From: Deltaproteobacteria bacterium | Lineage (GTDB): Bacteria; Myxococcota; Kuafuiibacteriia; Kuafuiibacteriales; Kuafuiibacteriaceae | Assembly (NCBI GenBank): GCA_040218735.1 | Contig: JAVJQW010000046.1 | Span: 96,001 to 160,000 of the forward strand | Length of the DNA stretch: 64,000 nt | Direction of reading: 5' to 3' | Part shown: one piece after another, positions 53,773 to 62,910 of the stretch | How positions within the stretch are numbered: the first letter of the stretch is position 1 | How the letters are laid out: every line of letters starts with the position of its first letter | Translations under genes and position numbers: made by a program | The notes under the pieces: model-generated | What the model was told of the DNA's origin: nothing | Databases searched by the model: none | Seen by the model: only the letters and a program-made list of their open reading frames with translations

Positions 53773-55680
53773 TCAGACGGGTGCGGGGCGCCCGTCGCGG
53801 ATGGCGAAGACGCGGTTTCGCCCCGCCTCCTTGGCGCCGTACAGCGCGTCGTCCGCGAGGCCGATCAGGTCTTCGCGGACGTTGGTGTCGTCGGGGGTCG
53901 TCGCGACGCCGCAGGAGATCGTCACGCGACCGAGGGGCTGGAGGTAGCCGCGCCAGAAGTCGGCCTCGGCGATGGTGCGCCTCAGCTTCTTCGCGACCTG
54001 CTCCGCCTCCTCCTTGTTCGCGCGCGGGAGGATCACGCAGAACTCTTCGCCGCCGTAGCGCGCGACGGCGTCGACTTTGCGCAGGCTGTTCTCGAGGAGC
54101 TGCGCGACGCGGCGGAGGACGTCGTCGCCGGCCTGGTGACCGTGTTCGTCGTTGTAGTGTTTGAAGTGGTCGATATCGAGCATGACCACCGACAGCGGCG
54201 CGCCGTCGCGTCTTGCGCGCGACCACTCGAGCTCGAAGCGCTCGTCGAGCGCGCGTCGGTTGAGCACCCCCGTGAGGCCGTCGCGGATCGACAGCTCCAA
54301 CGTCTCTTGGAACAGCTGCGCGTTGGCGAGCGCGAGCGACGCCTGGTTCGCGATCGTCATCAGGAGCTCGCGGTCCGTCTCCGTGAACGCGTCGATGCGC
54401 GGGGACGAAAACGCGAGCACGCCGATCACCCCCTCTTGGTAGGTCATCGGTACGCAGAACAGGGTGCCCTCCGGATCCGAGTCACTTCGGTACGCGAGGG
54501 CGCGCGGGTCGGCGCGGGTATCGGGCACGTAGATCGACGCGCGGGTGCGCACGACCTCGCCGGTGATCCCCGCGCTCAGATCGATCGGGCGGTCTGTGAC
54601 CCCGCGCTCACCTTCGAAGCCGTGCCACTTCAACGCGCGCACGCGCTCCGTGTCGGCGTCGAACATCAGCACGGCGACCTCCGGCACGGGGAGCTGCTCC
54701 GTGACGTCTTCGCAGAACCGCGCGAGCGTGAAGTCGGTGTCGAGCTTGGTCGCGAGATCGCGCGCGAGCCGGTTGAGGAACGACAGCTCCGTGATGCGCG
54801 CGCTCAGGCCACGGTTCGCGGCTTCGAGCTGTTCGCTCTTCTGCGCGAGCCGCTCCTTGAGCGACAGCTCGTCCTTCACCTCGACGATCTCGCGCTCCTG
54901 TTCGATGTGCTCGACGCGCAGGTCCGTGATCTTCGCGATCATGCGGTTGAAGGTCCGGGTGAGGAGGCCGATCTCGTCGTCCGCCCGCACGGTCGCGCGG
55001 ACCATGTAGTCGCCTTCCTCCGCGGCCGTCATGACGTCGACGAGCGCGGTGAGGCGCGAGACCACCGTGCGGTGGAGGATGCCGATGAGGAGCGCGGTGA
55101 GGATCAGGCTCACCAGCACCACGCCGATCGCCGCTTGGGTCGTGTTGGTCAGCAGGTCACCGAGGAGCGCGCGCCGCTCGGCGACGATCGATACGGCGCC
55201 GATCGGGTCGGCGCTCTTGGCGTGGCAGGGCAGGCACGCCGCGCGGCGCCGGAGCGCGCGCACCGTCTCTAGCGCCTCCGGCTCGACGTAGGTCGCGGAG
55301 ACGGTGGTGGTCAGCACCTCGAGCGCGGCGGCGCCGGCGAGTCGTCCGCGGCGGCGCGGCTCCGACGACCAGCGGACCCGTCCGTGCCGGTCGAGGACGT
55401 CGACGCGCTCCACCCGCTTGGCGTTCCCGAGCTGCGCGGCGATCTCCTGAATGGGGTGTTGCCCGGTCCGGGCGTCGAAGACCACGAACGACGCCTCGAC
55501 CGCCTGCGCGAGGGTCTCCAGGTGCCGGACGGAGATCGCCTCCTGCGTTCGGTAGGTTTGGGAGAGCACGAGGAAGGTGCCGGCGAGCCCGAAGGCCATG
55601 CCCACGACCCCCACGGTCACGCCGATGCGGCGCCCGACGCGGCGCTTGACCGGGGTCCCCATCCCGAACCCATGCTTCAC
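53773..55680 (-). CDS. Membrane diguanylate cyclase: heme-c sensor, HAMP, GAF, GGDEF
   Basis: Two TM helices flanking CLPCH; DEIGLL HAMP; GAF; DGLTGVLNRR, DIDHFK, RYGGEEF. Confidence 0.92.
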   Translation of the reverse strand: MKHGFGMGTPVKRRVGRRIGVTVGVVGMAFGLAGTFLVLSQTYRTQEAISVRHLETLAQAVEASFVVFDARTGQHPIQEIAAQLGNAKRVERVDVLDRHGRVRWSSEPRRRGRLAGAAALEVLTTTVSATYVEPEALETVRALRRRAACLPCHAKSADPIGAVSIVAERRALLGDLLTNTTQAAIGVVLVSLILTALLIGILHRTVVSRLTALVDVMTAAEEGDYMVRATVRADDEIGLLTRTFNRMIAKITDLRVEHIEQEREIVEVKDELSLKERLAQKSEQLEAANRGLSARITELSFLNRLARDLATKLDTDFTLARFCEDVTEQLPVPEVAVLMFDADTERVRALKWHGFEGERGVTDRPIDLSAGITGEVVRTRASIYVPDTRADPRALAYRSDSDPEGTLFCVPMTYQEGVIGVLAFSSPRIDAFTETDRELLMTIANQASLALANAQLFQETLELSIRDGLTGVLNRRALDERFELEWSRARRDGAPLSVVMLDIDHFKHYNDEHGHQAGDDVLRRVAQLLENSLRKVDAVARYGGEEFCVILPRANKEEAEQVAKKLRRTIAEADFWRGYLQPLGRVTISCGVATTPDDTNVREDLIGLADDALYGAKEAGRNRVFAIRDGRPAPV

Positions 55681-55751
55681 CTTCGGGCCCGAAATGTCGA
55701 AAAGTTGGGCGTTTTTTGCGGAGTCGATCGGGCCGTGAGATCCTCGCCGGC

Positions 55752-56858
55752 ATGCGGTGGTTCTTCGGCGGGCTCTGCGCCCTCGCCCTGCTGGTCCCCG
55801 GACCGGCGCGGGCCGAAGAGGACGTGCGCATCTCGCTGCTGTCGCGCCGCGCCGCCGTCACCGTGTCCGGCCCGGGGCTGACCGTCCTCGACGCCGAGGT
55901 CGGGGATCGCCTCTTCTTCTCCGCGGCCACCGCGAAGAAACGCGTGCGCGTGAAGGAGGGCTACCTCGTTGTCGCCGACCGGCGCGCGAAGCGCATCCTC
56001 GTCGAGGCGAAGGACGCCGTGCACCTCGGCAAGGGGGTGTACTACGGCCGCCTGGAGATCGGCATCGAGCCCGACCACCCCGACAAACTCTACGTGCTCA
56101 ACCGACTGCCGATCGAGACGTACCTCCTCGGCATCGTCGGCAGCGAGATGAACCCGAGCTGGCCGATCGAAGCGCTCAAGGCGCAAGCCGTCGCAGCGCG
56201 GAGCTACGCGATGCAGCGCCGCATGATGATGCGCGCGGCGAACCGCCCGTACGACCTCGCCGACTCCGTCCTCTCGCAGGTCTACAAAGGCGCCGAACGC
56301 ATCCGCCCCTCCGTGATCCGCGCGGTCACCGAGACACGCGGTGAAGTGATCGCGTATCGCCACGGCCTCGTCGAAGCGTTGTTCCACTCCACGTGCGGCG
56401 GTCGCACCGTCTCGGCGCGCTCCGCCTTCGGAAACCACGTGCCGTACCTCAAGCCGAAGAAATGCAAGTGGTGCCGGGAGTCGCACCGCCACCGGTGGAA
56501 GGTGAACGTGCCGGTCGACGAGCTCTCCGGCCGTCTCTCCCGCGCGAAGCTCATCCGAGGGTCACTGTCACGACTCGAACGCGACGAGGGCGTGGAGTAC
56601 GTCTCCGTCCGCGACGGTCGCGGCAGTCGACGCCTCGACCCGCGGAAAGTGCGGAAGGCCGTCGGGTTCTCGAAGCTCTACTCGGCGCGCTTCTCCGCGA
56701 AGACGCGCGGTCGCCAGGTGGAGATCGAAGGGCGGGGCTTCGGACACGGCGTGGGGATGTGCCAGTGGGGCGCCCGCGGCATGGCCGCGCAGGGCAAGAC
56801 GTACGAGCAGATCCTCGAGTACTACTACGACGGCGCTCGTGTTCAGAAGATCTACTGA
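55752..56858 (+). CDS. SpoIID/LytB domain peptidoglycan lytic transglycosylase
   Basis: ETYLLGIVGSEM, EALKAQAVAARSYA, SQVY, FHSTCGG, GFGHGVGMCQWGA. Confidence 0.93.
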   Translation: MRWFFGGLCALALLVPGPARAEEDVRISLLSRRAAVTVSGPGLTVLDAEVGDRLFFSAATAKKRVRVKEGYLVVADRRAKRILVEAKDAVHLGKGVYYGRLEIGIEPDHPDKLYVLNRLPIETYLLGIVGSEMNPSWPIEALKAQAVAARSYAMQRRMMMRAANRPYDLADSVLSQVYKGAERIRPSVIRAVTETRGEVIAYRHGLVEALFHSTCGGRTVSARSAFGNHVPYLKPKKCKWCRESHRHRWKVNVPVDELSGRLSRAKLIRGSLSRLERDEGVEYVSVRDGRGSRRLDPRKVRKAVGFSKLYSARFSAKTRGRQVEIEGRGFGHGVGMCQWGARGMAAQGKTYEQILEYYYDGARVQKIY

Positions 56859-56880
56859 AGCGAAGATCTACTGAAGCGAA
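56846..56880. repeat. 16-bp tandem duplication at the junction of convergent genes
   Basis: GAAGATCTACTGAAGC twice (56846-56861, 56862-56877) plus GAA. Confidence 0.9.
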
Positions 56881-58184
56881 TCATCGACCGCGCGGCTGAG
56901 CTCCGCGAGCGCGCCGGCGAGGTCCATGTAGAGGCCGCGCGTAGCGCCGGGCGCGAGCCGCTGTCGGAGCTGCTTCAACCGATCCGTCAGGTGCCCGCGC
57001 GTCGTCGCATCGACGGGGGCGTTCTCGATCTGCTCCGCGACGAAGTCGAAGCGGCCGCGGAGGAACTCGAACCCGAGCATCGCGTCCGAGCCGAATTCGG
57101 GTTTGACGATCGGCATCAGGCTCTCCGCCGCCGGGACGAGATCGTCGGTGACCACCTCCTCCTCGCGGAACCCGAAGCTCGCGAGCTCGGCGGGGACCGG
57201 GGGGAGGTCGTCGCCGGTTTGCACCTCGACGGCTTCGCGCGGGAGGAGGGTGTCGTCCGGGCTGTCGTCTTCCTCGTCGGGGATCAGACCGAGGCGTTCG
57301 ATCTCGTCCGCCAGGAGCGCGGCGCTCCCGGGGCGCTTCTCGGGGTCCTTCTCCAGCAGCCACGCCACGAGCAGCTCCAGCCCGCCCGACTCCGGGAGGG
57401 GCGGCGGCGACTCCAGCGTGTGTTTCATGATCAGGTCGACCGTGTTGTCGGAGTCGAACGGCGGGTGCCCGGCGAGCATTCGGTAGAGCACGACCCCCAG
57501 CGCGTAGAGGTCCGACGCGCTCGACGCCCTCGCCGCGTCACGCGCGACCTCGGGCGCGAGGTACAGCGGCGTGCCGACCAGCTCCGAGTGGTGTGGGAGC
57601 TCCGCCATCAGCGCGATGAGCCCGAAGTCCACGAGGCGCGCGTGCGTCCGTCCGTTCTCCTTCGACAGCAGGACGTTGCTCGGTTTGACGTCGCGGTGGA
57701 CGCACCCCTGCTCGTGCGCGGCGGCCAACGCCAGCGCGAGCTGACGACCGATGATCGCGGTGCGCGGCGGCTCGACGGGGGCCTTCGAAGTGATCTCCGT
57801 CTCCAGCGTGCGCCCTTCGACGTACGGCATGATGAGGAAACACGTCCCGTGCTCGGCGCGCCCGAAGTAGAGCGGGACGACCACGTTCGGGTGGTCGATC
57901 CGCGACGCCGCCTCCGCGCTCTGGAGGAAGCGCTGCACGACCTCCTCGTTGGCCGCGAGGTCGCCGAAGAGGATCTTCATCGCGACGGTCGCGCCCCCCT
58001 CCTCGGCGTCGACGCGGTAGACCGCGCCGGTCGTCCCGACACCGATCCGTTCGCGCACCGGGAAGTTCGAGATGCGCGTGCCGACGAGCGGGTCGACCGA
58101 CGCATCTTCCAGCACGCCCCCATCCACCGCGCAGCGCGGCACATGGGCGCGATAGATCGCACGACATTGCGGGCAGAACCGCAC
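56868..58184 (-). CDS. Ser/Thr protein kinase (Hanks type)
   Basis: N-terminal CPQC...C, IGVGTTGAVY, VAMK, HRDVKPSN, DFG, GTPLYLAPE, DLYALG. Confidence 0.92.
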   Translation of the reverse strand: MRFCPQCRAIYRAHVPRCAVDGGVLEDASVDPLVGTRISNFPVRERIGVGTTGAVYRVDAEEGGATVAMKILFGDLAANEEVVQRFLQSAEAASRIDHPNVVVPLYFGRAEHGTCFLIMPYVEGRTLETEITSKAPVEPPRTAIIGRQLALALAAAHEQGCVHRDVKPSNVLLSKENGRTHARLVDFGLIALMAELPHHSELVGTPLYLAPEVARDAARASSASDLYALGVVLYRMLAGHPPFDSDNTVDLIMKHTLESPPPLPESGGLELLVAWLLEKDPEKRPGSAALLADEIERLGLIPDEEDDSPDDTLLPREAVEVQTGDDLPPVPAELASFGFREEEVVTDDLVPAAESLMPIVKPEFGSDAMLGFEFLRGRFDFVAEQIENAPVDATTRGHLTDRLKQLRQRLAPGATRGLYMDLAGALAELSRAVDDSLQ

Positions 58185-58333
58185 CGGGCCCGAAGCATAC
58201 CGAATCTCGGGGCGGCTGACCCGCCGACGGACGGGATTGCTCGGATGTCTCCGACCGCGCGGGGTTTCAATGCGACGACGACCCTCGATCCGGCGCACCG
58301 ATCCTTCGATCGGCCTGCTACCATCCGCCCGCC

Positions 58334-59341
58334 TTGCGGCTCTCGGACTTCGATTACGCGCTCGACGAGTCCTCGATCGCGCGCCACCCCGCGGAGCGGC
58401 GGGACGGCTCGCGGCTCCTCGTCGTGGACCGAAGCTCCGGTGCGCTGACACACACCACCTTCGCGCGCGTCGGCGAGCACCTCGCCGCTGGTGATCTCCT
58501 CGTCGCCAACAACAGCCGCGTCATCCGCGCCCGCCTCTCGGCGACGAAGGTCGGCACCGGCGGGCGCGTCGAAGTGTTCCTCGTCGAGCCGACGCAGGAC
58601 GACCGCACGTGGCGCGCGCTCCTGCGCCCGGCGAAGAAGGTGCGGGTCGGCGCCGAGCTGGCGATCGGTGACGACGTCGCGGTGGTCGAGGCGCTCGAGG
58701 GCGACGGGTTCGGCGTGCTGCGGTTGCCGCGAGCGGGCGCGGCCGTCGCCGCCGATCACGGCGCGCTCCCGCTCCCGCCGTACATCGATCGCCCCGCCGG
58801 ACCGGAGGACGAGGAGCGCTACCAGACCATCTTCGCCCGCGAGGGGCTCGAGCGCTCCGTCGCCGCGCCCACCGCGGGGCTGCACTTCACGGATGGTTTG
58901 GTCGAGCAGCTCGCGTCGCAGGGCGTCGGGCTGGAGAAGGTCACGTTGCACGTCGGGCCCGGCACGTTCCTTCCGGTGCGCACGGACGACGTCACCGACC
59001 ACAAGATGCACAGCGAAGCGTTCGAGCTGTCGGACGCCGCCGCGGCGCGCATCGAGGCGGCGAAGCGCGTGGTCAGCGTCGGGACGACGTCGACGCGCGT
59101 GCTCGAGACGGTGGGCCGCCCGGTGCGCGCGGCCGAAGGGCGCACCGAGCTGTTCATTCGCCCCGGCTTCGCGTTCGCGGTGGTCGGCGCGATGATCACG
59201 AACTTTCACCTTCCGAAGTCGACGCTCCTCATGTTGGTCTGTGCGTTCGGAGGGCGCGACCTGATCCTCGGCGCGTACGAAGAAGCGCGCGACGCCGGCT
59301 ACCGCTTCTATTCGTACGGCGACGCGATGTTGATCCTCTGA
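58334..59341 (+). CDS. queA: S-adenosylmethionine:tRNA ribosyltransferase-isomerase
   Basis: SDFDY, PLPPYI, YQT, AAPTAGLHF, LHVGPGTF, GTT, TNFHLPKSTL, YRFYSYGDAMLI. Confidence 0.97.
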   Translation: MRLSDFDYALDESSIARHPAERRDGSRLLVVDRSSGALTHTTFARVGEHLAAGDLLVANNSRVIRARLSATKVGTGGRVEVFLVEPTQDDRTWRALLRPAKKVRVGAELAIGDDVAVVEALEGDGFGVLRLPRAGAAVAADHGALPLPPYIDRPAGPEDEERYQTIFAREGLERSVAAPTAGLHFTDGLVEQLASQGVGLEKVTLHVGPGTFLPVRTDDVTDHKMHSEAFELSDAAAARIEAAKRVVSVGTTSTRVLETVGRPVRAAEGRTELFIRPGFAFAVVGAMITNFHLPKSTLLMLVCAFGGRDLILGAYEEARDAGYRFYSYGDAMLIL

Positions 59342-59349
59342 CGAGCGTT

Positions 59350-60462
59350 ATGCGAACCGTCCGCTACGAGCTGCTGCACGAAGACACCGAGACCGCGGGG
59401 CGGCTCGGCCGTTTGATCACGCCGCACGGCGTCGCCGACACCCCGACGTTCATGCCGGTGGGCACCGGCGGATCCGTGAAGGCGATGCTCCCCGAGGAGG
59501 TCGAGGCGACGGGCGCTCAGGTCATCCTCGGCAACACGTTGCACCTCATGCTGCGTCCGGGGCACGAGCTCGTGAAGGCGCTGGGCGGGCTGCACCAGTT
59601 CGCGCAGTGGCCGCACAGCGTCCTCACCGACAGCGGCGGCTTCCAGGTCTTCTCGTTGAAGGAGCTGCGCAAGATCAACGAGGAGGGTGTTCAGTTCGTC
59701 AGCCCGTACAACGGATCGAAGCACCTGCTCACGCCCGAGAAGTCGGTCGAGGTGCAGGAGGCGCTCGGGACCGACATCGCGATGGCGTTCGACGAGTGCC
59801 CGGGCGCCGACGAGAAGAAGACGTACGTCGCGAAGTCGATGAACCGCACTACGCGCTGGCTGGACCGCTGCATCGCGGCGCGTACGCAACCCGAGAAGAC
59901 CTCGTTGTTCGGCATCGTGCAGGGGGGGCTGTTCGAAGACCTCCGCGAGGAGCACGCGGGGACGCTCATCGAGCGTGACCTCGACGGCTACGCGGTGGGC
60001 GGCGTGGCGATCGGCGAGAGCAAGGAGAACATGGTCCGCATCGTCGAACACACGACGAAGTTTCTGCCGAAGGACAAACCGCGGTACCTGATGGGCGTCG
60101 GCCTCCCGGCGGATCTCGCGCGCGGCGTGTCCGCGGGGATCGACATGTTCGACTGCGTCGTCCCCACCCGCAACGCGCGCACCGGGCGCCTCTTCACTTC
60201 GGAGGGGCTCCTGATCGTCAAACACGCGAAGAACCGCGAGGACTCGCGCCCGATCGACGAGAACTGCGGCTGCCCCACGTGCCGCCGCTTCTCGCGCGCC
60301 TACGTGCGGCACCTGTGGATGACGAACGAGGTCCTCGTCCACCGCCTGACCACGATGCACAACCTGTGGTTCTTCGGCCGCCTGATGGAGCGCATCCGCG
60401 CCGCGGTGAAGGACGGGACGCTGAAGTCGCTCACGCAGGAGCTGATCGAGCGCTGGGGCTGA
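59350..60462 (+). CDS. tgt: tRNA-guanine transglycosylase
   Basis: TPTFMPVGT, TDSGGFQVFSL, FGIVQGG, PRYLMGVG, DMFDCVVPTRNAR, CxCxxC...H zinc site. Confidence 0.97.
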   Translation: MRTVRYELLHEDTETAGRLGRLITPHGVADTPTFMPVGTGGSVKAMLPEEVEATGAQVILGNTLHLMLRPGHELVKALGGLHQFAQWPHSVLTDSGGFQVFSLKELRKINEEGVQFVSPYNGSKHLLTPEKSVEVQEALGTDIAMAFDECPGADEKKTYVAKSMNRTTRWLDRCIAARTQPEKTSLFGIVQGGLFEDLREEHAGTLIERDLDGYAVGGVAIGESKENMVRIVEHTTKFLPKDKPRYLMGVGLPADLARGVSAGIDMFDCVVPTRNARTGRLFTSEGLLIVKHAKNREDSRPIDENCGCPTCRRFSRAYVRHLWMTNEVLVHRLTTMHNLWFFGRLMERIRAAVKDGTLKSLTQELIERWG

Positions 60463-60542
60463 GCGGCGGCGACGTACGGGTTCGAGGTGCGCGCGCCGGG
60501 CCCGTCGCGCGCACGGGCGAACCGTGCGATTCATAGAGCGCC

Positions 60543-61370
60543 ATGCGCGTCGCGTTCTTCGTTTGCCTCACGCTCCTGGGGTGCAGCGGCAGCGCGCCGA
60601 ACAGCGCGATTCGTGAGCTGTCCGTCGTCTCGATCAACCTCCGCCACGACCAAGACTTCTGGGAGGAGCGATTCGACCTCGTCGCGGACGAGATCGTTCG
60701 ACTCGATCCCGACCTGATCGGTCTGCAGGAGATCGAGATCAGCGTCGACCAGTCGCAGGTCCTCCACGAGCGCATCGTTGAACGCGGTGGCGCCGACTAC
60801 GCGATCTTCGAGCAGCTGAAGTTCGGCGTGCAGGGGCTGGGCGGGGAGGGCGTCGGCGTGTTCTCACGTTTCCCGATCCTCGAGACCGACGCCGTCGATC
60901 TCGACCACGGTCGCCCGGGTGTCTTCGTTCGCCTTTCGCTCGGCGATGGCGAGCGTATCGAGTTCTTCAACACCCACCTGCACAACGTCGGCGAAGACGA
61001 GGTCCGGCGCGCGCAGATGCAGTCGATGGTTGCGTTCGCCGACCAACATGCCGACGGCGCCCCGCAGATCCTCACCGGCGACATGAACGCCCTCCCGGAC
61101 AGCGGAACGCTGAACGCCGCTCTCGACGTCGGCTGGCGCGACAGCTTCACCGACGCCAACCCGTCCGCGCTCGGCGCGACGAGCGGCATCCGCCTCCGCA
61201 AGGACGATCCGACTCCGCAGCGCGCTCAGAATCGGATCGACTACGTGCTGTACGCACCGCGCGGACGCCTGAGCGTCGTCTCGTCGACCGTCACGTTCGA
61301 CCGCCCCCGCGCCGACGGCCTGTACCCGTCGGATCACCTCGGCGTGCTGTCGGTGTTCGAGCTGCGCTGA
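60543..61370 (+). CDS. Endonuclease/exonuclease/phosphatase family lipoprotein
   Basis: Lipobox LLGC; GLQE, NTHL, GDMNA, RIDY, PSDH. Confidence 0.9.
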   Translation: MRVAFFVCLTLLGCSGSAPNSAIRELSVVSINLRHDQDFWEERFDLVADEIVRLDPDLIGLQEIEISVDQSQVLHERIVERGGADYAIFEQLKFGVQGLGGEGVGVFSRFPILETDAVDLDHGRPGVFVRLSLGDGERIEFFNTHLHNVGEDEVRRAQMQSMVAFADQHADGAPQILTGDMNALPDSGTLNAALDVGWRDSFTDANPSALGATSGIRLRKDDPTPQRAQNRIDYVLYAPRGRLSVVSSTVTFDRPRADGLYPSDHLGVLSVFELR

Positions 61371-61410
61371 GCGCCGGCCCCGGAGGGGGCCATTCGGTGC
61401 GTCAGGCGCT

Positions 61411-62115
61411 TCAGGTGCTGAGCTTTTTCTTCCACTTCTCGAGGTCGGGCGGGAGCGGCGCTTCGTAGCGGACGTAGCGCCCGGTGTACGGGTGATCGAA
61501 GCCCAGGAACTCCGCGTGCAGGAAGATGCGGTGGGTCTTCTGCTGGCCGGGCTCCGCCGCGTACTTGCGTTCGCCGAGGAGGGGGTGGCCGGCCTCCGCG
61601 AAGTGGACGCGGATCTGGTTGCGGATGCCGGTCTCGAGCGCGACTTCGACGAGCGTCGCGTCGGCGAAGCGCTCGCGGACGCGCCAGTGCGTAACGGCGT
61701 GGCGTGTGCCGCGTTGGCCCTCTTCGCCAGAGAAGACACGGAGGGACTTGTGGTTCGTGACGAGCCAGCTGTCGAGGGTGCCTTCGTCGGCTTCGAGCAC
61801 GCCGTGCACCGCCGCGGTGTAGAGGCGCTGCACGTCGTGGACCTTGAACTGCTCGATCAGGGCGGCCTGTGCGTCGGGGCGGCGGGCGTAGACGAGGAGG
61901 CCGGAGACCACGCGGTCGAGGCGGTGCACCGGGAAGATCTCCGTGCTGCCGCGCCCGCGGAGGAATCGGCGGACGTGGTGGATGAGGGTGTTGCGCTCGT
62001 TCTTCTCCGTGGCCTGCGTGAGGATCCCCGCGCGCTTCTCCACGACGACGATCGACGGATCGACGTGGTGGACGAGGCACGGGTCGCCCGACTTCCACTT
62101 CCTGCGCAGCGCCAC
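61411..62115 (-). CDS. RluA-family RNA pseudouridine synthase
   Basis: VVEKRAG, VHRLDRVVSG, TGIRNQIRVH, GHPLLGE, FLHA. Confidence 0.9.
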   Translation of the reverse strand: MALRRKWKSGDPCLVHHVDPSIVVVEKRAGILTQATEKNERNTLIHHVRRFLRGRGSTEIFPVHRLDRVVSGLLVYARRPDAQAALIEQFKVHDVQRLYTAAVHGVLEADEGTLDSWLVTNHKSLRVFSGEEGQRGTRHAVTHWRVRERFADATLVEVALETGIRNQIRVHFAEAGHPLLGERKYAAEPGQQKTHRIFLHAEFLGFDHPYTGRYVRYEAPLPPDLEKWKKKLST

Positions 62116-62121
62116 AACGAC

Positions 62122-62910
62122 CTAGAACAGCTGCCCGCGGATGAAGGGGTGCGAAGACGACAGCCCGCCGTCGACGACGATCGCCTGGCCGTTCACGTAC
62201 GACGCATCGTCCGAAGCGAGGAACGCGACGACGCTCGCGATCTCTTCCGGCTCCCCCGCGCGGCGCGTCGGGTTGAGCTGGCCAATCTTGTCCATCTTCT
62301 CGGCGGCGCGTGCGTAGTCGAACAGCGGGCGTGTCATGCCGGTCTCCACCAGGCCGGGGCACACCGCGTTGACGCGGACGCCGCTCCCGGAGAGCTGCAC
62401 CGCCGCGGTCTGCACGAAGTTGATCACCGCGGCCTTGCTCGCGCTGTACGGCGAAGGGCCCGCGCCCGCGCGCAGGCCCGCGACGCTCGACGTGCAGACG
62501 ATCGAACCGCCGCCGTTGGCCTTCATGTGCCGCGCGGCGTGCGTGACGCAGTGGACGACGCCCATCAGGTTCACGCGGAGGACCTGCGCCCACTCTTCGA
62601 GGGAGACGTCGAGCACGTTCGAGAGCGTCCCCGAGATGCCCGCGTTGGCGTGCAGGAGCTCGAGGCCGCCACCTTCCGCGACGGCGCGCTCGACCGCGCG
62701 TGCGACGTCGTCGTCGTCGCCGACGTCGAGGCGATCCGCGATCGCCTTGCCGCCCGCGTCGACGATCGCCTTCACGGTCTCGTCGACCTCGTCGACGACG
62801 TCCGTCGCGAGGACCCACGCGCCTTCCTCCGCGAGGCGCATCGCGGTCGCGCGGCCGATGCCGCTCGCGGCGCCGGTGACGAGGGCACGTCGGTCAGTCA
62901 GTCTCTTCAT
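62122..62910 (-). CDS. SDR family oxidoreductase
   Basis: TGAASGIG, ANAG, YSASK, NAVCPG, VDGG. Confidence 0.92.
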   Translation of the reverse strand: MKRLTDRRALVTGAASGIGRATAMRLAEEGAWVLATDVVDEVDETVKAIVDAGGKAIADRLDVGDDDDVARAVERAVAEGGGLELLHANAGISGTLSNVLDVSLEEWAQVLRVNLMGVVHCVTHAARHMKANGGGSIVCTSSVAGLRAGAGPSPYSASKAAVINFVQTAAVQLSGSGVRVNAVCPGLVETGMTRPLFDYARAAEKMDKIGQLNPTRRAGEPEEIASVVAFLASDDASYVNGQAIVVDGGLSSSHPFIRGQLF

